Of a stretch of 64,000 nt of DNA, positions 28,920-38,849 are shown piece by piece (within the stretch, counting starts at the first letter, position 1; each line of letters opens with the position of its first letter). The DNA lies in IMG/VR virus record IMGVR_UViG_3300017917_002068, positions 32,001 through 96,000 of that record. One strand, written 5' to 3'. Source of the stretch: a virus. The position numbers were made by a program, and so were the translations under genes. A model generated the notes under the pieces. It had not been told where the DNA came from and did not search any database. It saw nothing but the letters and a program-made list of their open reading frames with translations.

Positions 28920-31592
28920 ATGAGTTACGTAGATGCTTTCTACGACAGAGAAAAAGACCTGATCTCTGTTGTTGAGCGAGACACAAAAGGTCAAAGACAT
29001 TTCAAAGAATATCCTGCCAGGTACATATTTTATTATCCGGACGCTAAAGGAAAATACAATAGCGTCTATGGCGATACATTAAGTCGTGTTAGTTGTAAAA
29101 ATCTCAAAGAATTCCACAAAGAATTAAGAATACACAGTAATTCTAGATTGTTTGAAAGTGATATCAATCCTATTTTTCGATGCCTTGAAGATAACTATCT
29201 CAATTCAGATGCTCCTAAACTGAATGTAGCATTCTTTGACATTGAAGTCGATTTCGACCCAGAAAGGGGATACGCATCACCAGACGATGCGTTCATGCCT
29301 ATCACTGCTATCGCTGTTCATTTACAATGGATGGACACCATGGTGTGTTTAGCAATACCTCCAAAAACTATGACCATGGATGAGGCTAAAAAGGCTGTTG
29401 AAGAATTTCCTAACACACTGTTATTCGATAACGAAGCAGATTTACTCAATACATTTTTAGATCTAATACAAGATGCCGATGTATTAAGTGGTTGGAACTC
29501 TGAAGGCTTCGATATTCCCTATACCGTTAATCGTGTGATCAAAGCGTTAAGCAAAGAAGATACACGAAAATTCTGTCTTTGGGATTTAATGCCGAAGAAA
29601 AGAGAGTATGAAAAATACGGAAAGGCTGCTGTAACGTATGACCTTATGGGCAGAGTCCATATGGATTACCTTGAACTTTACAGAAAATATACCTATGAAG
29701 AAAGACATAGTTACCGATTGGATGCAATCGCCGAATATGAGCTTGGAGAAACCAAAACTCAGTATGAGGGAACGTTGGATCAGCTCTACAACAACGACTT
29801 CAAAAAGTTCATTGAATACAACCGCCAAGACTGCGCACTTCTGGACAAGTTGGACTCGAAACTCAAGTTTTTGGATCTAGCCAATAAACTTGCTCACGAA
29901 AATACAGTGTTACTACAAACCACAATGGGTGCTGTGGCTGTTACTGAACAGGCTATTATCAACGAAGCCCATCGTCGAGGTATGATTGTTCCTAATCGAA
30001 AGAAACGTGACGATAGCGAATCTACACAGGCTGCTGGTGCGTATGTTGCTTATCCTAAGAAAGGCATCCATGAGTGGATCGGTTCAGTTGATATTAATTC
30101 ACTTTATCCATCGGCGATTCGTGCGTTAAACATGGGTCCAGAGACTATTGTAGGACAGTTGCGTCAAGATTATACCAAGAACTATATCGATGAGCAAATG
30201 GCGAGACACGGTAAATCTTTTGCTGCGGCTTGGGAAGGGTTATTCAGCAGTCTCGAGTATCAATTCGTCATGGAAAGAAATGTTGCCAAAGAGATTATAA
30301 TCGATTGGGAAGATGGAAGTTCTGACACATTATCTGGCGCACAGATATACGACTTAATTTTTGAAAGCAATCAGCCTTGGATGTTATCAGCTAATGGGAC
30401 TATTTTTACCTACGAAAAAGATGGAATCATTCCTGGATTGCTAGCTCGATGGTATAAAGAGCGTAAAGAAATGCAGGCTAAACTTAAAGAATGTATTCAA
30501 GCCGGCAATAAAGTCGAAGAAGAATACTGGGATAAGCGACAGTTAGTTAAAAAGATTAATCTAAACAGTTTGTATGGTGCTATTCTAAACGCAGGCTGTA
30601 GATTCTTTGACCAACGTATTGGTCAATCAACCACTTTGACAGGTCGAACCATTACTAAACATATGGCTTCGAAGATCAACGAAATCATCACAGGTGAATA
30701 CGATTACAAAGGTAAAGCGATCATCTATGGCGATACAGATTCTTGTTATTTTTCAGCATATCCTGTGCTAAAGAAAGAAATTGAATCTGGTAAAATTCCT
30801 TGGACTAAAGAAACGGTGGTAACTTTATATGATCAAATCGCAGACGAAGTCAATGCCAGCTTTATCAAACTCATGCAAGACGCCTGCCACTGCCCGAAGA
30901 CAAGAGGTGATGTCATCAAAGCAGGTCGCGAGATTGTTGCAAGCAAAGGACTCTTCATTACTAAAAAACGATATGCAGTCTTATACTACGACAAAGAAGG
31001 TAAAAGAGCAGACGTTGGCGATTCTCCTGGTAAAATCAAAGCCATGGGACTTGACCTAAAACGATCCGATACTCCTGTAGTTATTCAAGACTTCTTGAGT
31101 GAAGTTTTGACTAAAGTATTGAAAGGTGCAGAAAAAGAACAAGTTTTAGAATATATTACTGATTTTAGAACTGAATTCAAAACTAGACCTGGTTGGGAGA
31201 AAGGTTCGCCAAAACGTGCCAACAACATTACCGAATACCAAGCTAAAGAAAAGAAAGCTGGTAAGGCTAATATGCCAGGACATGTTCGTGCTAGTATCAA
31301 TTGGAATACTTTAAAACGCCTTAACGATGACAAATATTCTATGGCTATCACTGACGGTGCTAAAGTAATTGTCTGTAAGATCAAAGATAATCCAATGGGC
31401 TATACTTCAGTTGCATATCCTGTTGATGAACTTAGACTCCCCCAATGGTTCAAAGATTTGCCGTTTGACGATGGCGAAATGGAAACCACAGTCATTGACG
31501 AAAAACTAGAAAACCTGATTGGTGTCTTGGAATGGGACATCAGTTCAACAAGGACCGATAATACATTCAACAAATTGTTTGATTTTGAATGA
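28920..31592 (+). CDS. Family B DNA polymerase
   Basis: Exonuclease FDIEVD, GWNSEGFD and YNRQD; polymerase DINSLYPS, KINLNSLYG, YGDTDS and KKRYA. Confidence 0.96.
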   Translation: MSYVDAFYDREKDLISVVERDTKGQRHFKEYPARYIFYYPDAKGKYNSVYGDTLSRVSCKNLKEFHKELRIHSNSRLFESDINPIFRCLEDNYLNSDAPKLNVAFFDIEVDFDPERGYASPDDAFMPITAIAVHLQWMDTMVCLAIPPKTMTMDEAKKAVEEFPNTLLFDNEADLLNTFLDLIQDADVLSGWNSEGFDIPYTVNRVIKALSKEDTRKFCLWDLMPKKREYEKYGKAAVTYDLMGRVHMDYLELYRKYTYEERHSYRLDAIAEYELGETKTQYEGTLDQLYNNDFKKFIEYNRQDCALLDKLDSKLKFLDLANKLAHENTVLLQTTMGAVAVTEQAIINEAHRRGMIVPNRKKRDDSESTQAAGAYVAYPKKGIHEWIGSVDINSLYPSAIRALNMGPETIVGQLRQDYTKNYIDEQMARHGKSFAAAWEGLFSSLEYQFVMERNVAKEIIIDWEDGSSDTLSGAQIYDLIFESNQPWMLSANGTIFTYEKDGIIPGLLARWYKERKEMQAKLKECIQAGNKVEEEYWDKRQLVKKINLNSLYGAILNAGCRFFDQRIGQSTTLTGRTITKHMASKINEIITGEYDYKGKAIIYGDTDSCYFSAYPVLKKEIESGKIPWTKETVVTLYDQIADEVNASFIKLMQDACHCPKTRGDVIKAGREIVASKGLFITKKRYAVLYYDKEGKRADVGDSPGKIKAMGLDLKRSDTPVVIQDFLSEVLTKVLKGAEKEQVLEYITDFRTEFKTRPGWEKGSPKRANNITEYQAKEKKAGKANMPGHVRASINWNTLKRLNDDKYSMAITDGAKVIVCKIKDNPMGYTSVAYPVDELRLPQWFKDLPFDDGEMETTVIDEKLENLIGVLEWDISSTRTDNTFNKLFDFE

Positions 31593-31600
31593 TTTCAAGG

Positions 31601-31629
31601 TTGATTTTTATTCAAGATCTAAATATAAT
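31601..31629 (+). promoter_or_regulatory. Sigma70-type promoter
   Basis: TTGATT-17 nt-TATAAT. Confidence 0.6.
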
Positions 31630-31654
31630 CTTAATATACATGGAGACTCTCTAA

Positions 31655-32392
31655 ATGAAAGACATTTTACAAGACATCGTATCACATACGCAAAACCTAG
31701 GCTTCTTAACAACTGTTAAAGTAACAGGCACAGAAGAAAAAACCACTATCAATTCAATGGCTGACGACCGTTCGGTTATTATGGAGGCAGAAACTGCTAA
31801 CCCTTATCCAGATATGATCGGTGTGTTCGGCATGCCTCAATTGCAAAAATTAAAATACCTATTGGATGGCTCAGAATACAAAGAAGAAGCCAAGATTACA
31901 ATAACAACAGCAGAACGCAATGGCGAAGTTATTCCAGTAGGTATCCATTTTGAAAACAAAGACAGTGACTTCAAGAACGATTATCGTTTTATGAATCAAG
32001 AAATTATTAATGAAAAGATGAAGACTGTCAAGTTCCGTGGCGTTAAGTGGGACGTAGAAATCGAACCAAGCGTTGCCGCAGTACAACGTTTCAATTTCCA
32101 AGCAGGTGCTAACAGCGAACATCCAACATTCTTAGCTAAGACAGACGGTGGTAATTTAAAGTTTATCTTTGGTGATGCCTCGACACACGGTGGCGAGTTT
32201 GTATTTGCACAAAATGTAGCAGGCAAACTCGATCGTGGTTGGACTTGGCCGGTACTTCCAATTCTCGCTATTCTTAAAATTGCAGATGTTAATAACACTA
32301 AGATGTCTTTGAGTAACGAAGGTGCTATTCAAATTACTCTCGACAGTGGTTTAGCAACTTACAAATATATCATCCCAGCACAAGCAGCCTAA
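31655..32392 (+). CDS. Probable sliding clamp (gp45/PCNA-like)
   Basis: 245 aa, directly after polB, alternating beta/alpha pattern ending YKYIIPA; clamp loader present in the window. Inferred, no diagnostic motif. Confidence 0.55.
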   Translation: MKDILQDIVSHTQNLGFLTTVKVTGTEEKTTINSMADDRSVIMEAETANPYPDMIGVFGMPQLQKLKYLLDGSEYKEEAKITITTAERNGEVIPVGIHFENKDSDFKNDYRFMNQEIINEKMKTVKFRGVKWDVEIEPSVAAVQRFNFQAGANSEHPTFLAKTDGGNLKFIFGDASTHGGEFVFAQNVAGKLDRGWTWPVLPILAILKIADVNNTKMSLSNEGAIQITLDSGLATYKYIIPAQAA

Positions 32393-32394
32393 AT

Positions 32395-32766
32395 ATGATC
32401 AAGGGAATCAATTCTTCCAATAGATATATTTCTATCAGTGGTGGTTCGCCGGCGGCTCCTTATATAAGTCCAGGTGCAGCAGGTGCGGGAATGCTACGAT
32501 GGAATCCAAACATGAATCAGATGGAAGTTAATGACGGTAATAGTTGGATTGGAATCTCGATGAACTACGCATCTATCGAATTGACTCCCGAGACTGAAAG
32601 TCTTTTAGAATGGGCTAGGAAGAAACGAGATCAAGAAAAGAATTGGTACGAACTTGCATCCAATAGTGAAGCTGTTCGTATCGCACTAGAACAGTTAGAA
32701 CAGGCACAAACAAGATTAGAACTTACAGCAATTTTAGCGAGAGACCATGAACAAACAACCAGTTGA
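32395..32766 (+). CDS. Hypothetical protein
   Basis: 123 aa ORF; GMLRWN...MEVNDGNSW motif. Confidence 0.55.
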   Translation: MIKGINSSNRYISISGGSPAAPYISPGAAGAGMLRWNPNMNQMEVNDGNSWIGISMNYASIELTPETESLLEWARKKRDQEKNWYELASNSEAVRIALEQLEQAQTRLELTAILARDHEQTTS

Positions 32767-34297
32767 TTTAACACCATTACAAAAAGACTATGCAGTTTAT
32801 TTGCCTGCAATTAGTTCTTTTTATTCTACATACATAGCAAAACAAAGATTAGAAGAATTTATTCCTAAAGATCGAATTCCTCAAAATTTTGATCGCGGAA
32901 TCGAAGGCATGAACTTCTTAAATCCCGAGCAAGGTTACTTTTATTACAAATATGCTCTATACTCAGCAGGTCATGCACAATTAGATATTAACAAAAGCAT
33001 GACTCAAGAATCTATGATCCAACAACGTGATCGTGGTGCTACAATGATCTTAGGTGATTCTGGCGGATATCAGATTGGTAAAGGTGTTATTAAGTTTGAT
33101 TGGCAGAACTTTGAAGGTACTGAAGCTAATAAAGTTCGTGAAAAAATTCTTACTTGGTTAGAAGTTACTGCTGATTGGTCTATGATGCTAGACGTTCCTA
33201 CGTGGGCATGTGATCATATTCACAGCCCAAAGACCGGACTAAAAACTTTTGATGACTGTTTAGAGAAGACTCGATTCAATAATGAATATTTTATTAAAAA
33301 TCGTGTCGGCGCTAAAGACGGTGGTACTAAATTACTAAATGTTCTTCAAGGTTCGAACTGGGAAAACGCAGAAGCCTGGTATCAAGGTGTAAAAGAATAC
33401 TCCGACGTTTCAATACACGGAGATAAAGCCGCAGAAGGTTGGGCTATGGGCGGTGCTAATATGTGCAAGATGCCTATTACACTACGCAGACTGATCACTA
33501 TGCGGTTTGATGGTATGCTGGAAGGCAAAGATTGGATGCACTTCCTAGGTACCGCACAGCTGGATTGGGCTTGTTACTTAACAAGTATCCAACGTCAAAT
33601 CAGAAAACACGTAAATGAAAACTTCACAATTTCCTTTGACTGCGCCTCACCGTTTATCGCAACAGCTCACGGATTGGTATATACTAACGCCCAGCATACC
33701 TCTAAGCGATTCAGTGTTATCATGGATAAAGCCCCGGACAATAAGGGTCTTTCCGGACGGCACGATATACCTTTTCCTTTCGAAAGCGATTTCGGTCGAA
33801 GACTTACGATCGCAGATATATGCCACTATGCTCCAGGCATGCTAAACAAGATTGGCAAAGAAGGCAAAACTTCGTGGGATAGCTTTGCCTATGCTCTAAT
33901 GATGGGTCATAATGTAGAATGTCACATTCGTGCTGTTCAACGTGCTAATAACTTGGCAGACATTGAATCAACTAGAATTAAACCTGATTGGAGACGATGG
34001 AGAAAAGTTAAAGATTCCGACAAGAGCGATGAAATCTCCGAGTGGGTTCCTAGAAACGTTTTATATTTTAATCGATTTGTCGAAGAATTATTTGAATGTA
34101 AAACTAAAGATTCGGCCTTTGAAATGATCGCCGAAGCAGAACGTCTTGGATTTTTACAAAATCTAGAAGGTGCTCGTTTGCGTGGTGGTGTAACCAATAT
34201 TGCCGATAAACTCTTTTTTGAAGAAGGTGAAGAGGACAAAGGATCGTGGGAAGACGATCGCGAAGATGAGACTTTGGATAATCTTAAAGTAGAATAA
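32747..34297 (+). CDS. dpdA: TGT-fold transglycosylase, DpdA-like (7-deazaguanine insertion into DNA)
   Basis: ILGDSGGYQ, MMLDVP, LNVLQG, GWAMGG, HFLG and SFD motifs of the tRNA-guanine transglycosylase barrel; near folE and queE. Confidence 0.72.
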   Translation: MNKQPVDLTPLQKDYAVYLPAISSFYSTYIAKQRLEEFIPKDRIPQNFDRGIEGMNFLNPEQGYFYYKYALYSAGHAQLDINKSMTQESMIQQRDRGATMILGDSGGYQIGKGVIKFDWQNFEGTEANKVREKILTWLEVTADWSMMLDVPTWACDHIHSPKTGLKTFDDCLEKTRFNNEYFIKNRVGAKDGGTKLLNVLQGSNWENAEAWYQGVKEYSDVSIHGDKAAEGWAMGGANMCKMPITLRRLITMRFDGMLEGKDWMHFLGTAQLDWACYLTSIQRQIRKHVNENFTISFDCASPFIATAHGLVYTNAQHTSKRFSVIMDKAPDNKGLSGRHDIPFPFESDFGRRLTIADICHYAPGMLNKIGKEGKTSWDSFAYALMMGHNVECHIRAVQRANNLADIESTRIKPDWRRWRKVKDSDKSDEISEWVPRNVLYFNRFVEELFECKTKDSAFEMIAEAERLGFLQNLEGARLRGGVTNIADKLFFEEGEEDKGSWEDDREDETLDNLKVE

Positions 34298-34298
34298 A

Positions 34299-34327
34299 TT
34301 GACTTTACTATTGATTGATCGTATAAT
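34299..34327 (+). promoter_or_regulatory. Sigma70-type promoter
   Basis: TTGACT-17 nt-TATAAT; ATG 6 nt downstream. Confidence 0.75.
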
Positions 34328-34333
34328 CAATAT

Positions 34334-34558
34334 ATGAAACAAAAGAAATACTCTCCAAATCAATTTGTCCTCAATCGAGGACAGATTGAAAAATTGGCCA
34401 AAATGGCTGCTCACTTCAAAGAAGTCGAGTGGTTTACCTTAGAAGAAAGCTCTAGCAGCGGAATCGGTCCTACCGTTGTTGTTAAGTTTAACCTATTCAA
34501 CGATAGCGACAAGGACATCGATACTACCGTTGATATCACTGATGTAGGTACCTGGTGA
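34334..34558 (+). CDS. Hypothetical protein
   Basis: 74 aa ORF. Confidence 0.55.
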   Translation: MKQKKYSPNQFVLNRGQIEKLAKMAAHFKEVEWFTLEESSSSGIGPTVVVKFNLFNDSDKDIDTTVDITDVGTW

Positions 34559-35019
34559 AAAAAGAACTAGATGAAGCACTCTGTGCCAAATATCCTAAAA
34601 TTTTTAAAAACCGTCATGGCAATATGAAAGAAACTCTGATGTGTTGGGGTTTTGAATGTGGTGATGGTTGGTATAAAATCCTCGACTCCCTGTGCGCTCA
34701 GATCCAACACTACACTGATTGGAATAACGATAATCATGCCAAAGGTTACAAACAGTACAAACAAGTACCTCAAGTAGTAGCTATACAGGTCAAAGAAAAG
34801 TTTGGCGGACTGCGATTCTATTATGACGGCGGCGATGATCAAATTTTTGGCATGGTTCGTATGGCAGAATCCTGGGCGGCACAGACTTGCGAAGAATGTG
34901 GTGAATCAGGTACTATACGTCATGACGGTTGGATGCGTACTCTTTGCGACAAACACGAAGCAGAGTATCAGGAAAGACAAACTGAAAGATTTGCCAAAGA
35001 TAACGGACTAGAACTATGA
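34555..35019 (+). CDS. Hypothetical phage protein with C-terminal Zn-binding residues
   Basis: ECGDGW, QVKEKFGGLRFY, CEECG..GWMRTLCDKH. Confidence 0.7.
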   Translation: MKKELDEALCAKYPKIFKNRHGNMKETLMCWGFECGDGWYKILDSLCAQIQHYTDWNNDNHAKGYKQYKQVPQVVAIQVKEKFGGLRFYYDGGDDQIFGMVRMAESWAAQTCEECGESGTIRHDGWMRTLCDKHEAEYQERQTERFAKDNGLEL

Positions 35020-35177
35020 AATGTTTTGCCTGCGGTGAAAAAATCAAAGAACAAGGTGTAGGCTGCGACTGGAATCAAGGACGATGTCCGCATCGTATGC
35101 CTATGCTAACTGACTATCATTTTAGATATCTTAATTTAATCAACTCAATCCGTAATTTTTTCAAGCGTAAAAAATAA
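35016..35177 (+). CDS. Small Cys-rich protein (53 aa), absent from the ORF track
   Basis: MKCFACGEKIKEQGVGCDWNQGRCPHRMPML...; start and stop overlap both neighbours. Confidence 0.6.
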   Translation: MKCFACGEKIKEQGVGCDWNQGRCPHRMPMLTDYHFRYLNLINSIRNFFKRKK

Positions 35178-35716
35178 TGAAACGCGAATACAAAGAAGGC
35201 ACACACAAAGACATCACGTTTTTCGTAGGTCGTGAAATTGAACACACACCTGCTTATGGAAAATTGACTTTGTTTGTAGTAGGAGTACAATCAATCGGCG
35301 ATATCGAAAAAGCCATCAATGATCCGTCATTGACTGGAAATCCTATCACACACATTTTCTTTGGTGCTAATCACAGTTTCAATCCTAAGAAGGATGACTA
35401 CGAAAGTTGGAAATCGTGGGAAGATATGATACAGTATTTCCTCGATAATGGATACTGGTGTAGTCTCGATATTCCGATGAGTGCTGTAGAAGAATTTAAC
35501 GATGGTGGTCTGAACGATCACAATAAGTTTATTCCACAGATTCGAGTGCCTATCCCGTATATTAAATTGTGGAATTATAATACAATGTTAAAGATCGACG
35601 ACAAAGATTTTAATGCAACTAATCCTGGGGTCTGGTGCCATAACCTCAGAGATCTAATGAGTAGAGATCGTTTTACTGATTGGGATCAATATGGCAAGGA
35701 CGAGATAATCAAATGA
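35177..35716 (+). CDS. Hypothetical protein in the deazaguanine region
   Basis: 179 aa; EHTPAYG, HIFFGANHSF, KIDD..NPGVWCH. Confidence 0.65.
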   Translation: MKREYKEGTHKDITFFVGREIEHTPAYGKLTLFVVGVQSIGDIEKAINDPSLTGNPITHIFFGANHSFNPKKDDYESWKSWEDMIQYFLDNGYWCSLDIPMSAVEEFNDGGLNDHNKFIPQIRVPIPYIKLWNYNTMLKIDDKDFNATNPGVWCHNLRDLMSRDRFTDWDQYGKDEIIK

Positions 35717-36066
35717 GTTATGGACAGGTAGTAGGCTACGCTAGTACATCAAAAGGTATAGGTATTAAGCCTGCTCGAAAAATAAGGAAACAAAAAGTGA
35801 AACTCACATTTAAACAGCGCATTCGTAACTGGTTGATGCGTGAAGAAGTTGAAGAAGATGCTCCTCAACTTGTCGAAGCAAGTTCTTTATCTAGTGAAGG
35901 TATGCGACTACAGATCTATAAAGCCAACGGTGGTTACGTTGTAGAAACCCGTAACTACGATAATAGAACTGATCGTCATTATTGTACCATGCACGTAATT
36001 ACTGAAGAACAAGATCTCGGAGATTCATTAGGTAAAATTGTTATGATGGAGGCGTTAAAGCAATGA
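35713..36066 (+). CDS. Hypothetical protein
   Basis: ATGA-coupled ORF. Confidence 0.55.
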   Translation: MSYGQVVGYASTSKGIGIKPARKIRKQKVKLTFKQRIRNWLMREEVEEDAPQLVEASSLSSEGMRLQIYKANGGYVVETRNYDNRTDRHYCTMHVITEEQDLGDSLGKIVMMEALKQ

Positions 36067-36266
36067 AAGAATTTACAGTAAAAGAAAGCACGGGTTTTAG
36101 ACTGCGTGTTAAAAGTTGGAAATGTCTTAGTCCTGCTGATCTAAATAGTATCGAATTTATTAACGAATCCTTAGACGACAAGGGCGAAGTTAGTCAGAGT
36201 TCTACATACAGTTTCTTCATGACTGACGAAGAAGTTAAAACACTGTGCGAAGGAATGTTAAAGTGA
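36063..36266 (+). CDS. Hypothetical protein
   Basis: 67 aa coupled ORF. Confidence 0.5.
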   Translation: MKEFTVKESTGFRLRVKSWKCLSPADLNSIEFINESLDDKGEVSQSSTYSFFMTDEEVKTLCEGMLK

Positions 36267-36658
36267 TCGTAAAACAAGATATTCGTCCAAACAAAATGAT
36301 TTGGGTAACCTTCCGTAAAGAGGGCATACATAAATATCCAGCAGCACTAACTGATCCTAACCTAGCTACAGGAGATGAATATGATGTATCGTTCCTTGGT
36401 CATCCCCATCGTCATATTTTTCATTTCAGGGTGTGGATCTCCGTCACTCACAATGACCGTGATATCGAGTTCATCCAATTCAAACGATGGTTGGAATCAC
36501 TGTATTCAGGGAAAGAAAATTGTCTGTCACTGGACTACAAAAGTTGCGAAATGATGTCAGACGAATTATATGACATTATTTCACAAAAGTATCCAAATCG
36601 AGAGATTTGGATTGAGGTCTCCGAAGACGGAGAAAATGGTTCATTTATCAAGTACTAA
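36263..36658 (+). CDS. QueD-paralogous T-fold protein, DpdL-like (putative CDG decarboxylase)
   Basis: LGHPHRHIF fits LxxxHRHxF rather than the QueD CxxxHGH; also has EGIH, IEFIQFK, SCEMM and VSEDGENG. Confidence 0.7.
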   Translation: MIVKQDIRPNKMIWVTFRKEGIHKYPAALTDPNLATGDEYDVSFLGHPHRHIFHFRVWISVTHNDRDIEFIQFKRWLESLYSGKENCLSLDYKSCEMMSDELYDIISQKYPNREIWIEVSEDGENGSFIKY

Positions 36659-36679
36659 ACTATAAGGAAGAAAGCTATC

Positions 36680-36913
36680 ATGGCTCGTAACTACAAGGAC
36701 TATCAATATTTTGCAAACCGTCCTGATGTTGTTAAGGTGTGGGATGATCTCGAAGCATTTCACGACTTTTGTCGCTTTGAACTCCGCGAGTTCAATCCTG
36801 CGGAACTTTACCGCAAAGAAGCACCTAACTACAGTGCTTATCTAGCAAGTAAGCGTCCTCGTCGCCCTTATCAGGGTAAAAACCCAAGGTTCAATAATTA
36901 TCGCAATGGCTAA
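36680..36913 (+). CDS. Hypothetical protein
   Basis: 77 aa ORF with SD. Confidence 0.55.
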   Translation: MARNYKDYQYFANRPDVVKVWDDLEAFHDFCRFELREFNPAELYRKEAPNYSAYLASKRPRRPYQGKNPRFNNYRNG

Positions 36914-37979
36914 GATATTTTTAGTAGATCTCGAAGCTGTTGAAACTCGATACACAGGCGAGTGGAAGAATCACTTGCCTGTATTATTGAGAAAGAGAGG
37001 ACACGATGTTCAAGTTATTTCTGGCCCTGAAGATATCCCTAGTGCCACTACTCCTGGTGCCTTTCTTAACTTTGGTGGCACTAATATCTATAAGTCTAAT
37101 CAGGTTGAACAGATTGGTCGCTTATTTTGCGCTGGACGCATTTCAGCTGGCGACCATTTTATTTTTACTGATGCTTGGCATCCGGGCATTGTAAATTTAA
37201 AATATATGAGTGAGCTATTACAGATTCCTGTAAAAATTCACGCACTATGGCATGCCGGCTCATATGATCCTCAAGACTTCCTAGGTCGTCTTATCGGAGA
37301 TGCTCCGTGGGTTAGACATAGCGAAAAAGCTTTTTATCATGCTATCGATTACAATTACTTTGCCACTGAGTTCCATATCGAAATGTTTGTTAAGAATCTT
37401 TTAGATTACGAAAATTCTGACATCGTCAGGCAATTCGCTCCTAATAAGATTATACGAAGTGGATGGCCTATGGAGTATATGACAGATACTTTGCTCATGT
37501 ACAAAAATATGCCAAAGAAAAATCTTATTTTATTTCCTCATCGAATCGCTCCAGAAAAACAATTAGATATCTTTTTAGATCTTAAAGATCGATTGCCTCA
37601 ATATGAATTTCGTGTTTGTCAAGAATATCCTCTGACTAAAAACGAATATCATAATATGCTAGGCGAAGCTAAACTAGTATTCAGTGCCAATCTACAAGAA
37701 ACATTAGGCATTAGTTGGTATGAAGGTGCCATAGTTGATGCTATTCCTATGGTCCCGGATCGCCTAAGCTACAGTGAAATGGCTTTGACTGAATTTAAAT
37801 ATCCTTCTGAATGGACTGAGTCATTTCAATCCTATAACACACACAGAGAAAAGGTAGTACATCAAATTGTCCAGTATATGGAAAATTATGAAAAGTATCT
37901 ACCTCGCCTAAATAAACAGGTAGATGTATTAACAAAGAACTTCTTTAGTTGCGATAATCTACTGGAGATGTTAAAATAA
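36906..37979 (+). CDS. GT-B fold glycosyltransferase
   Basis: FPHRIAPEKQ and QETLGISWYEG..AIPMVPDRLSYSE, a GT4-like nucleotide-sugar binding region. Confidence 0.75.
   Translation: MAKIFLVDLEAVETRYTGEWKNHLPVLLRKRGHDVQVISGPEDIPSATTPGAFLNFGGTNIYKSNQVEQIGRLFCAGRISAGDHFIFTDAWHPGIVNLKYMSELLQIPVKIHALWHAGSYDPQDFLGRLIGDAPWVRHSEKAFYHAIDYNYFATEFHIEMFVKNLLDYENSDIVRQFAPNKIIRSGWPMEYMTDTLLMYKNMPKKNLILFPHRIAPEKQLDIFLDLKDRLPQYEFRVCQEYPLTKNEYHNMLGEAKLVFSANLQETLGISWYEGAIVDAIPMVPDRLSYSEMALTEFKYPSEWTESFQSYNTHREKVVHQIVQYMENYEKYLPRLNKQVDVLTKNFFSCDNLLEMLK
37949..37977 (+). promoter_or_regulatory. Putative sigma70 promoter for folE
   Basis: TTGCGA-17 nt-TAAAAT with an extended -10 TG. Confidence 0.5.
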
Positions 37980-38014
37980 TATGTCATCCACGACTATAAC
38001 TCGGAGAAACTTAA

Positions 38015-38839
38015 TTGACAACAAAATTTACACCAGATCCTGTACTAAATGAAAAATTAGATACAGAATTTAAACCTAACGAATACAAAGATGCTTACGT
38101 TCCTTTAGACAAACAGGTCTATGTTAAAGCAGAAGATAAAAAAAGCGATGGGGCATATCTAGCTGATATTATCCGTGTTAAAATGAAACACGACGGCAAA
38201 AGATATTGGGCTGGAGACAATATCTCAGAATATGTCACTGAAGAAATGAAGCACAAGTTAATCGATGAAGCCACTGAAGCTTTCGAACTTGTATTAGATA
38301 GACTCTTAATTGATCGTGAAAGCGATCCTAACAGCCATGGAACAGCCCGCAGACTCGCAAAAATGTATTTCAACGAAATCATGTCAGGACGATATGAACC
38401 TAGTCCCGCAGCCACAGCGTTCCCAAATGATTCGGAGGACCGTTACGAAGGTATGTTGGTTGTTCGCAGTGAGCTTCGCAGTATGTGTAGCCATCATCAC
38501 CAGCCCGTTAATGGTGTTGCCTATATTGGTATTATTGCGGCTTCCAAGCTCATTGGACTCTCTAAATACACAAGGATCGCTCAGTGGTGCGCCCGACGTG
38601 GTACTCTCCAGGAGGAACTTGCTAATGATATTGCTCGCGAGATCGCCAAAGCTACAGGAGCCACAGACGTAGGCGTATATGTACAGGCTACTCACGGTTG
38701 CTGTGAGAATCGTGGTATTATGGCACACAGTTCTTTGACGCAGACTACAGTATTAAAGGGTGCGTTTAAAGATGACCCAGGTACGAAGAAAGAATTCTTC
38801 GACAACATTAAACTACAACAGGACTTTGCCCCACGATAA
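38015..38839 (+). CDS. folE: GTP cyclohydrolase I
   Basis: SMCSHH, IGLSKYTRI, LQEEL, HGCCENRG. Confidence 0.93.
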   Translation: MTTKFTPDPVLNEKLDTEFKPNEYKDAYVPLDKQVYVKAEDKKSDGAYLADIIRVKMKHDGKRYWAGDNISEYVTEEMKHKLIDEATEAFELVLDRLLIDRESDPNSHGTARRLAKMYFNEIMSGRYEPSPAATAFPNDSEDRYEGMLVVRSELRSMCSHHHQPVNGVAYIGIIAASKLIGLSKYTRIAQWCARRGTLQEELANDIAREIAKATGATDVGVYVQATHGCCENRGIMAHSSLTQTTVLKGAFKDDPGTKKEFFDNIKLQQDFAPR

Positions 38840-38849
38840 GGAGATAATC

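Noticed and set aside
28920-31592. Intein or intron in polB
   Set aside because: The ORF is continuous and of normal size, with no intein splice-junction or homing endonuclease motifs.
32747-34297. Host-type tRNA-guanine transglycosylase (tgt)
   Set aside because: Much longer and divergent, no CxCxxC zinc site, and located in a DNA replication context; DNA-acting DpdA is more likely but unproven.
36263-36658. Calling this gene canonical queD
   Set aside because: It lacks the catalytic CxxxHGH and has LxxxHRHxF, so it was left as a QueD paralog.
37978-38014. preQ1 riboswitch upstream of folE or queE
   Set aside because: No preQ1-I stem with an A-rich tail is recognisable; the folE leader is short and queE appears leaderless.
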